This document shows positions 1 through 6,520 of a DNA stretch of 25,227 nucleotides, one piece after another. Where the stretch lies: positions 1-25,227 of the IMG/VR virus record IMGVR_UViG_2917587430_000001. The stretch is one strand, 5' to 3'. This stretch comes from a virus. Within the stretch, counting starts at the first letter, position 1. Each line of letters begins with the position of its first letter. The notes below the pieces were generated by a model, which did no database searches, was not told the origin of the DNA, and was given only the letters and a program-made list of their open reading frames with translations. A program made the position numbers and the translations under genes.

Positions 1-129
1 GAATCAGCCTTCAAAGTCATTTACCTAGCCATCCAGAATATTTCCAAAAAATGGACGATGCCGATTCGAGACTGGAGACCTGCTCTAAATCAGTTTGCAA
101 TTATGTATGATGACCGCTTTCCTCTCTAA
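1..129 (+). CDS. IS256-family transposase, C-terminal end (5' part outside window)
   Basis: Frame 1 reads ESAFKVIYLAIQNISKKWTMPIRDWRPALNQFAIMYDDRFPL*, the typical IS256 transposase C-terminus (LAI..ISKKWTMPI.DW..ALNQFAI). Confidence 0.9.
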   Translation, partial: ESAFKVIYLAIQNISKKWTMPIRDWRPALNQFAIMYDDRFPL

Positions 130-164
130 ATTTAGATCTTTGACACAGATCTATTTACATACCC
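1..164 (+). mobile_element. Right end of IS256-family insertion sequence, including terminal inverted repeat (~136-164)
   Basis: Transposase stop is followed by TTTGACACAGATCTATTTACATACCC, resembling IS256 right ends (TTGACAC...TTTAC...CCC). The left end is not in the window, so the IR pair cannot be confirmed. Confidence 0.75.
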
Positions 165-210
165 GCGGCTGGAGCGCTGCGTGTTCATGATCTATGCCCC
201 ACGGGTATAC

Positions 211-300
211 AACCCTCTCGTCTAACCTCGTTAAACCTCGTATCAAGAGGTTAAACCTTGTGTTGCCTCGTCCGAAGAGGAATCAAGAGGCGTGACGAGG
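211..300. repeat. Array of nine 10-bp-phased CCTCG/CGAGG/AGAGG-type units in mixed orientation
   Basis: Consecutive 10-mers: aaccctctcg tctaacctcg ttaaacctcg tatcaagagg ttaaaccttg tgttgcctcg tccgaagagg aatcaagagg cgtgacgagg. Confidence 0.75.
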
Positions 301-339
301 TTGTTTGTTGTAGCGCTAATCCTTCATCCCTTAAATCGT

Positions 340-348
340 GGGAACTCT
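340..348 (+). promoter_or_regulatory. GGGAACnnT motif (putative group-3 sigma -10 element) upstream of tail tube gene
   Basis: GGGAACTCT 44 bp before ATG 384, followed by hairpin TCTCGCTC...GAGCGAGA. The same motif precedes six other structural genes. Confidence 0.65.
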
Positions 349-383
349 CGCTCGAACTATCTCATCTGAGAGCGAGACATCCC

Positions 384-1103
384 ATGTCCACAATCAATTA
401 TCAGACCGAGGTCGTTATCACGGAAGGCACCAAGTTAGATATTGGGTGGCTCATGCGTGGTACTCGAACCCCGGCAAGCTACATCCTTACCGTTGGCACC
501 GCTGCGGTGCTGAATGACGAAGTTTTATCCGTAACGTCCTCGGTTGATAACTTGCTGATTCAAGCTGGTACCAAGCTAAGCTTTGGCAACCAGATTGTTA
601 TCGTCACCACCGACACGATTGTTGATGCAACGACCCCAACTGATTTACCCATTCGCGCATTAGGTGCACCGATCGCCGCTAACGCAACTGCTACCACCCG
701 AGCGCTATTGACCGTGCTGGGTCTGACCGATGCTTCTCCCAGTGGTGAAACTCAAGTTGAAGATACTTCCAACTTCTTGAGCGGTTTTGGTAATGAGGGA
801 GTCATCGTTGGCGTAAACCGGACTGTTCAGTGCTCCGGCAACGTGATTGTGGGCGATCGGGCAATGGATCGCATCATCAAGCCTCTAATTCTGGACGATG
901 AGAAGGCACGTCGCGAGATTTACGCTGACCTCCAGCTCCCCTCCGGCGAACGTTACCAGGGCGCGGCAAAGATTCAGTCATTCTCCAGCCCTTCTGCAAA
1001 CCGTTCGATTCAGAAGTTCCAGTTCCAGCTTATGTTCCAGGGCTTGAGCTTCAAGCACACCCCAGCGACCACCTACGCGGCGATCGCCCAGGATGCAGCG
1101 TAA
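384..1103 (+). CDS. Major tail (tube) protein, ~239 aa
   Basis: Start moved to ATG 384 (MSTINYQ) after the promoter motif. C-terminal half has a tail-tube-like pattern (LGLTDASPS..EDTSNF..VNRTVQCSGN..RYQGAAKIQSFS..KFQFQLMFQG). It lies upstream of the frameshifted chaperone. Confidence 0.75.
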   Translation: MSTINYQTEVVITEGTKLDIGWLMRGTRTPASYILTVGTAAVLNDEVLSVTSSVDNLLIQAGTKLSFGNQIVIVTTDTIVDATTPTDLPIRALGAPIAANATATTRALLTVLGLTDASPSGETQVEDTSNFLSGFGNEGVIVGVNRTVQCSGNVIVGDRAMDRIIKPLILDDEKARREIYADLQLPSGERYQGAAKIQSFSSPSANRSIQKFQFQLMFQGLSFKHTPATTYAAIAQDAA

Positions 1104-1362
1104 GCGATACGACATCTTGGCTTCCCGCTACTGGGATGTGTGTTTGGTAAATGCGCGGGTTGAAGATGGGCGGCTGCTCTGCGGTTTCGCCCACTTCGAG
1201 GGGGGAGGGTTAAGCGAGCAAGTCGCCGTCTTTCCCCCATCCCGCCCTAACGAAATTTTTTGGCTCGAAGTGCCACAGCGGGCCCAGCAGACGCTGACCA
1301 ATGTGGTGATGACCTCCCCCACAGACGAACTAGAATTCAAATTGGTTGAGAAAAATGGCTAA
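1093..1362 (+). CDS. Small phage hypothetical protein (89 aa)
   Basis: Overlaps the stop of the tube gene and the start of the chaperone gene, consistent with translational coupling. Confidence 0.7.
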   Translation: MQRKRYDILASRYWDVCLVNARVEDGRLLCGFAHFEGGGLSEQVAVFPPSRPNEIFWLEVPQRAQQTLTNVVMTSPTDELEFKLVEKNG

Positions 1363-2182
1363 ACTTCTTCCCTTCGTAGTCCAGCCCCGTACAGAGATCC
1401 GGGCTGTCGGTACTCCTGAAATCGGTGTGATTCACCTGCTTAAGAAAGGTGGCATCAGCCCCAACGAAAACCCTGTAGACATTCAGCAGGCAGGCACCCG
1501 TCAAGCGAAAACACAGTTATTGCTAGAGTCAGCTACGAAGCGGCTAGCAGACGAGGAGAGAATTACTCGGAAGGAAGCCCGCAAGCGTCTGTTTGCGATG
1601 CCCGTCAGTAAAGAAGAAACTAACGGTGAGGCAGAAGTAGATATGCCCTCACTCTACGATTACCTCTCCCAAGAAGAGGCAACTCAACTCCTAAACCTGC
1701 GCGAGAATCACGCTGACACTGCGATTAAAGCGGCTACGCTGTTCATTCAGCATCGGGTAGCCTATCCGGTGCAGGTGACTGCTAAGGCTAAAGCTGGAGA
1801 AGAGAAGTTGGCGATCGCCCCTCTCTCATTTGAAATTGCCGATGGTCAGAAGATCCGGTTCGGGGGGTTACGTGTTGAGGTCGATGGCTATCACGAGCCA
1901 GAATCTGAAGAGTTGAAGGTTAAGTCTTTGAAGCAGCCTCTAGCAGCAGAGGCGATCGGATATCTGCAAGATCCAGATGTGAATAAGTTGCTGTTAGGTA
2001 ACAGTGAGTGGTCAGAGCAGGATACCCGTGATTGCCTGACTGAAGAGTTGATCCTTCACATTCACCACTTCTACCAAATCGAGATGGGCGGCGTTCCTGA
2101 AGAAGAGGAGGCGCAGCCCGACGCTGACGAGGGAAAGAACCTAGCCTCAAGCTCCTCCGTCGCATTGCCAGCCGCAGCGTAA
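1355..2182 (+). CDS. Tail assembly chaperone, short (G-like) form, ~275 aa
   Basis: ATG 1355 (MAKLLPFVVQP). Lies between tube and tape measure. Acidic C-terminus ends at in-frame slippery site G GGA AAG. Confidence 0.8.
   Translation: MAKLLPFVVQPRTEIRAVGTPEIGVIHLLKKGGISPNENPVDIQQAGTRQAKTQLLLESATKRLADEERITRKEARKRLFAMPVSKEETNGEAEVDMPSLYDYLSQEEATQLLNLRENHADTAIKAATLFIQHRVAYPVQVTAKAKAGEEKLAIAPLSFEIADGQKIRFGGLRVEVDGYHEPESEELKVKSLKQPLAAEAIGYLQDPDVNKLLLGNSEWSEQDTRDCLTEELILHIHHFYQIEMGGVPEEEEAQPDADEGKNLASSSSVALPAAA
2131..2137 (+). other. Programmed -1 ribosomal frameshift site GGGAAAG
   Basis: X XXY YYZ heptamer in the correct phase (GAG GGA AAG), identical to the lambda G/T slippery site. The -1 frame is open from here to TGA 2580. 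Confidence 0.88.
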
Positions 2183-2580
2183 TTGATTGGGGTGAGCTAT
2201 TCTGGCAGCTCCAATATTACGGCTGTCGGGATGAGCGGTTTAACCATGAGAATTTTGGGAATCAGACCGATTCTCTAATCTTCCAAGCGCTGGACTTTTA
2301 CACCCGGCGCTGGAAGCTCGATTTGAACACACAGTCTAAAACCCATGCGATCGGCTGGAGTGGTTTGTTTAACGGCTTCGGTGGCAAAGATTCTGCCAAG
2401 ATGGAGCCGTGGCAGCTCCTACCCTTCCCTGACCTGGCAGAGACGAAGGTGAAGCGCCTCAGCTCGAAGACGGCGCACATCTTAGCTAGCTTGATTGAAG
2501 GTAGTTCACTGCCTCAGCGCATCATTGGGACGGTGAGACAATTTGACGAGATTGTTGAATTAATTGATGAAGCAAGTTGA
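2137..2580 (+). CDS. Tail assembly chaperone frameshift extension (T-like part; fused product ~408 aa from 1355)
   Basis: -1 frame reads EPSLKLLRRIASRSVIDWGELFWQLQYYG...LDLNTQSKTHAIGW...DEAS* with no stop and contains the listed ORF 2323..2580. Confidence 0.82.
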   Translation, partial: EPSLKLLRRIASRSVIDWGELFWQLQYYGCRDERFNHENFGNQTDSLIFQALDFYTRRWKLDLNTQSKTHAIGWSGLFNGFGGKDSAKMEPWQLLPFPDLAETKVKRLSSKTAHILASLIEGSSLPQRIIGTVRQFDEIVELIDEAS

Positions 2581-2618
2581 GGGGGGAAGCTGAATTAGCT
2601 CCCCCCCTCAACTTGCTT
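2570..2618 (+). terminator. 22-bp stem hairpin overlapping the chaperone stop codon (probable terminator)
   Basis: AAGCAAGTTGAGGGGGGAAGCT-gaatt-AGCTCCCCCCCTCAACTTGCTT, 21/22 complementary, followed by ATTTA. Confidence 0.7.
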
Positions 2619-2622
2619 ATTT

Positions 2623-2741
2623 ACCTAACATGACTTGACCTAGACCGGCTGCCAGCTGGCGACTCTCTCAAAAGCTTGGATCACCTTCTACGTTCCAGAG
2701 GCTATACAAAAGCTGGCAACCTCTAATCAATCCCGCTATCT
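2623..2741 (+). repeat. Degenerate integron attC-like site
   Basis: R''-like ACCTAAC, then TTGA..TAGA..GGCTGCCAGCT pairing with AGCTGGCAACC.TCTA.TCAA. The R' position reads GCTATCT rather than GTT. Confidence 0.4.
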
Positions 2742-2823
2742 GATCAAACTTGCTATCTCAGCTTCGGTTGAAGTTTGTCTTTAAAGTGGGCGGGTGGCGC
2801 AATTAAGCCTGCCCAAAACAGAA

Positions 2824-2853
2824 CCTTGCGAATTGCCTAGGCAATTCGCAAGG
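2824..2853. repeat. Perfect 30-bp palindrome upstream of methyltransferase
   Basis: CCTTGCGAATTGCCTAGGCAATTCGCAAGG is its own reverse complement. Confidence 0.9.
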
Positions 2854-2978
2854 CTTTCATATACTGAAGTCTGACGGTACTGCCGTCTGTGAATCTGCTG
2901 AGGATTCAGCCAAAGGAAATGCTTGATTCGGATAGATTGCAACTAACTGTCCAAGGAGTAAAGGTGTACTATGGCTAC

Positions 2979-3722
2979 ATGGTTAAAGCAGTACTCTATC
3001 AAGGTGATGCAATTTGTTGGCTGCGTGATCTGCCGGATGCGTCAGTTGACCTTATTGTGACCGATCCCCCATACGAGTCGTTGGAAAAGCATCGCGCGAT
3101 AGGTACTACCACACGCCTTAAGCACAGCAAAGCATCTAGCAATGATTGGTTTGATATCTTTCCTAACGATCGGTTCCATGAGCTATTCGTTGAGCTGTAT
3201 CGGGTATTGAAGAAGAATTCTCATTTCTACCTCTACTGTGACAATGAAACAATGTTCGTGGCAAAACCCATTGCAGAGTCCGTAGGGTTTCGCTTCTGGA
3301 AGCCACTTGTGTGGGACAAGATGAAGATCGGGATGGGGTACCACTATCGTGCTCGATATGAATTCATACTGTTCTTTGAGAAGGGTAAAAGGAAGCTCAA
3401 TGATCTTGGTGTTCCTGACATCATTCAAGTGCCTCGGATTTACCGTGGATATCCAACTGAGAAGCCTGTTGAGGTTTCAGAAGTTCTCATAAAGCAAAGT
3501 ACAGAGCCAAATGAAATCGTTATCGATCCCTTCATGGGTTCTGGCTCGACAGGCATTGCTTCGGTGAAACTTGGTCGTCACTTTATCGGCAACGATATTG
3601 GCTCAGAGGCTTTAAAAGTAACTCGCGAGCGGCTTCAAAATCTGCAAGTTGACTTTGTATCTACTCTCTGGCCGCAGTCAACATCAATGTCCGAAACGAC
3701 ACAACTTGATATCTCAATCTGA
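2979..3722 (+). CDS. DNA methyltransferase, N4-C/N6-A, beta class (~247 aa)
   Basis: Motif IV DPPY near the N-terminus, YPTEKP, and motif I DPFMGSGSTG near the C-terminus. Start is probably ATG 2979, or GTG 2964 behind AAGGAG. Confidence 0.93.
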   Translation: MVKAVLYQGDAICWLRDLPDASVDLIVTDPPYESLEKHRAIGTTTRLKHSKASSNDWFDIFPNDRFHELFVELYRVLKKNSHFYLYCDNETMFVAKPIAESVGFRFWKPLVWDKMKIGMGYHYRARYEFILFFEKGKRKLNDLGVPDIIQVPRIYRGYPTEKPVEVSEVLIKQSTEPNEIVIDPFMGSGSTGIASVKLGRHFIGNDIGSEALKVTRERLQNLQVDFVSTLWPQSTSMSETTQLDISI

Positions 3723-3801
3723 AGGCTCGGCTCAAACTTCAAAAGGCACTATTGTTAACATTTACGCAAGGTTCTGATAGTTATTAAGATGGGAGACAAC
3801 C

Positions 3802-4887
3802 ATGGCGCTGTCAAGAGGAGCGAAGAAGCTGTTCGAGTGGCTTAAACAGCAACGTGCAGGAACGATCGTAAGCTACAAAGATGTCATGGATGTCACTGGC
3901 TGGAGTGAGGTGTCTCTCACTACTTATATCGGTAAGAACAAAGTTGCTCCCTTTCTACAAAAACTCGGAGATCAACGTTTCAAGCTCATTATGGATGGCA
4001 ATGAGATAACTGAAAGTTTTTTTGACGAGACATTCACTCAGACCACACCGCGGCAAGTTAAGCTCTCCTCAGGTGAACCACTGCAGGGTCAAGTTAACGA
4101 ATACAAACTCGTCGAGCCATTAGGGAATGGAGCGGTAGGACACGTTTGGTCTGCTCAAACGCAGTTACCGGGGTTCACACTTGTGGCTGCTAAGGTAATG
4201 CTTCCGCGACAAGACCTACTGCAGGGCTCAAAGCTTCCAAATGTACGAGAACGGTTTAGGCGTGAGGCAAGAAATGGACGTGAGCTTAATCACCCAAACG
4301 TCGTCAAGTACATCGACGTAGGAGAAATTCAACAGAACCCGTTCTTGGTTATGGAGCTAGCGAATCGCTCTATTGCCGACAAACTTTGCGATAGTGGTCT
4401 TATTCCTGAGGAAGAAGCTGCTGAAATAATACTGAATGCTGCCATCGGTCTTGATTTCCTACATTCAAAGGAATGCCCTCATCGAGACATCAAACCAGCA
4501 AACCTCTTAGAGTTTTCTGATGCGATTAAACTTGGAGATCTCGGAATCGTTAAGTGGAGTGACTTTGACCCTAATTTCACGGGAGGAGGGACTATTACTT
4601 TGGAATCAATGCAACTTGGTTCCTGGTTCTACATGGCTCCAGAACAGCAAGAATCACCACACAACGCAGTCAAGGCGTCAGATATATATGCCTTGGGCGT
4701 TACTTGGATACAACTGCTCACTGGTAAAGTACCAAGTCCTCAGGCAATTGGTGCCGGAAGATATCAATTGCCTGAGGTAAGGTCTGGCGTTGCCGAGCTA
4801 CTGGCAAATATGCTCAGATACAATCCAACTGACCGTCCAAGCCTTATAGATATTCAGGGAACAATTCAAAGATCGTACTTAATATAG
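3802..4887 (+). CDS. Hanks-type Ser/Thr protein kinase with ~90-aa N-terminal extra (possibly winged-helix) domain
   Basis: LGNGAVGHV Gly loop, VAAK, FRREA, HRDIKPAN, DLG, MAPE, SDIYALG. RBS GGGAGA. No transmembrane or C-terminal sensor region. Confidence 0.93.
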   Translation: MALSRGAKKLFEWLKQQRAGTIVSYKDVMDVTGWSEVSLTTYIGKNKVAPFLQKLGDQRFKLIMDGNEITESFFDETFTQTTPRQVKLSSGEPLQGQVNEYKLVEPLGNGAVGHVWSAQTQLPGFTLVAAKVMLPRQDLLQGSKLPNVRERFRREARNGRELNHPNVVKYIDVGEIQQNPFLVMELANRSIADKLCDSGLIPEEEAAEIILNAAIGLDFLHSKECPHRDIKPANLLEFSDAIKLGDLGIVKWSDFDPNFTGGGTITLESMQLGSWFYMAPEQQESPHNAVKASDIYALGVTWIQLLTGKVPSPQAIGAGRYQLPEVRSGVAELLANMLRYNPTDRPSLIDIQGTIQRSYLI

Positions 4888-4956
4888 TGACAGATGCAGG
4901 ATCCGAAATTTCAACTTCAAGTTGTCAGGCAGAATATTTAACTGTTGCAAAAGTAA

Positions 4957-5571
4957 ATGAAGATTGAATTTATTACAGCAGTTGTTGCTCTCATAGTTTC
5001 AATTACAGGAATCTTAATTAATGCACTACAAATAGATATCCAGCGCCGTAAGTTAAAGGATGACAGAGGACAATGGGAACGGGAATTCCAGAATAAGCAG
5101 AGTGAGTGGGAGCGCGCAGTAGAACGAGGAATTACTCAGGTAATATTTCAGGAAGCATCAATAAAATTATACGAGGCTAGACTTAGGGAATATGCTTCAG
5201 TTTGGCCGTTATTGAAAATAACAGCAAGATATGAGTGGCAAAGATTGGGAGGAGGTCAATTGGCTGAGGATTCCCACCAAAATGCAATAGAAGCCGTACA
5301 AAAAATGGCTGACAATCTGACCAACATTGCTTATGACAGTCTGGGTTTGTTGATGTCAGAAGAGTCTCGAACACACCTCACAGGTCTGCGTCGTTGCTGT
5401 GGTGCTTTCAAAAAAAATAAGATGACATTCGAAGAACTAGCAGGACAGGCACATTGGTTTAAGCATAGCCTCAGGGCTGATTTGCACATTCCTAATAAGT
5501 CTATCGAAAATGAGGAGTTTAAAAAATATACAGAGATAATCAATGAAATCCTTCAATCTGATAGAAATTGA
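4957..5571 (+). CDS. Hypothetical protein with N-terminal transmembrane helix and helical soluble domain
   Basis: FITAVVALIVSITGILINAL hydrophobic segment followed by a coiled-coil-like stretch. AT-rich, co-oriented with the kinase. Confidence 0.75.
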   Translation: MKIEFITAVVALIVSITGILINALQIDIQRRKLKDDRGQWEREFQNKQSEWERAVERGITQVIFQEASIKLYEARLREYASVWPLLKITARYEWQRLGGGQLAEDSHQNAIEAVQKMADNLTNIAYDSLGLLMSEESRTHLTGLRRCCGAFKKNKMTFEELAGQAHWFKHSLRADLHIPNKSIENEEFKKYTEIINEILQSDRN

Positions 5572-5628
5572 AGACAAATTTATCCATATTGCGATCGCCT
5601 ATCACATTAAGTTAGGCTGGGTTGTGGC

Positions 5629-5934
5629 TCATAAACCCAGCTCTTGCTTAAATGTTTCTAGGGATACCGTCCCTTTTTCCTGAGCTTCAGCTTTGGCTCC
5701 GCGCGCATCTTCAAGGTCTTCCTGCCCTTCCAAGTATTGCTTCATTACAGTCTCTAGATCACCGCCTATCGCCATCCAATCTGCTGCAAGCGCCAAACCA
5801 TCAACCTGTTCACGAGGCAAAGTTGTGTTGTACACCTCAAGAGTGCCTCCAAAATCCATCAACCTCGCAATGCCTTCTATGAAAGACGGTCTAGCATACA
5901 GAAAATCTGTCAATCCGTTTAGGTTTATCTTCAT
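5629..5934 (-). CDS. Small hypothetical protein with antitoxin-like acidic C-terminal tail
   Basis: RBS GAGGGA upstream. N-part FLYARPSFIEGIARLMDFGGTL...ALAADWMAIGGDL. The C-tail EDLEDARGAKAEAQEKGTVSLETFKQELGL resembles type II antitoxin C-termini. Confidence 0.7.
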   Translation of the reverse strand: MKINLNGLTDFLYARPSFIEGIARLMDFGGTLEVYNTTLPREQVDGLALAADWMAIGGDLETVMKQYLEGQEDLEDARGAKAEAQEKGTVSLETFKQELGL

Positions 5935-5974
5935 TGGCTTTCCCTCTAAACCAAGTCTGTTGATAGCCGTCTAT

Positions 5975-6313
5975 TCATGCATCAGAACCATTTCCATTAC
6001 GCCGCTGCTGCTCCCCAAACAAATACTCTAAGATTCGGTGGTTCTCAGATTGCAGACCTCTGATAGCCTCTCGGTTTTCCTGCGCCTGTTGTGCAAAGCC
6101 GTCCATCATGCTAATCATATCAGCTATGCTAGAGCGCATTTCTTCGCGGTCTTGCTGTGCCTGTTGTGCAAGATCACCGATCATGCTACGCATTTCTTCG
6201 CGGTCTTGCTGTGCTTGTTGCCCTAGCTGCTGAATGCCTAGAAGCGTTGCCTCTGCAAGGTTTTCAAGGCGATTTAAGCGCTCTTCTGTGTCAGTCACGT
6301 CAAACCCCTTCAT
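5975..6313 (-). CDS. Small coiled-coil protein of a type common in cyanobacteria, with 18-aa internal repeat
   Basis: TEERLNRLENLAE...IRGLQSENHRILEYLF. Repeat QQAQQDREEMRS occurs twice. The real start may be GTG 6298. Confidence 0.75.
   Translation of the reverse strand: MKGFDVTDTEERLNRLENLAEATLLGIQQLGQQAQQDREEMRSMIGDLAQQAQQDREEMRSSIADMISMMDGFAQQAQENREAIRGLQSENHRILEYLFGEQQRRNGNGSDA
6135..6220. repeat. Direct repeat, 32-bp core with 54-bp period
   Basis: CGCATTTCTTCGCGGTCTTGCTGTGC(C/T)TGTTG at 6135-6166 and 6189-6220. Confidence 0.9.
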
Positions 6314-6446
6314 TGAATGCTGAAGACGCTTTGGTGCAAACCGTCTCGATTAATCGTCTATTGCTATTGTCGCAAACCGCGACAAAATTTGAGTACTTTG
6401 TTGTATGAAGCAAACAAAATACTGAAAGATTGCTGCCTTTAAGTCC

Positions 6447-6520
6447 AAGCCGATCATCCTCACCAGTTGCGGGAACTCTCAGACGGAGTTTCTGAGCGTC
6501 TTCTGTGGCAACTAGCGTTG
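6447..6520 (+). repeat. 74-bp inverted repeat, copy A (tape-measure promoter, leader and first codons)
   Basis: 66/74 identical to the reverse complement of 16925-16998. Confidence 0.92.
6471..6479 (+). promoter_or_regulatory. GGGAACnnT motif upstream of tape measure gene
   Basis: GGGAACTCT 34 bp before GTG 6505, followed by hairpin CTCAGA...TCTGAG. Confidence 0.65.

Noticed and set aside
211-300. CRISPR array
   Set aside because: 10-bp units with no spacers and no cas genes.
258-383. N-terminal extension of the tail tube ORF in the track (start 258)
   Set aside because: It runs through the repeat array and promoter motif. ATG 384 is the plausible start.
5597-5617. GCCTATC-N7-GTTAGGC as an attC site
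   Set aside because: Too short and lacks L boxes. More likely a small hairpin between convergent genes.
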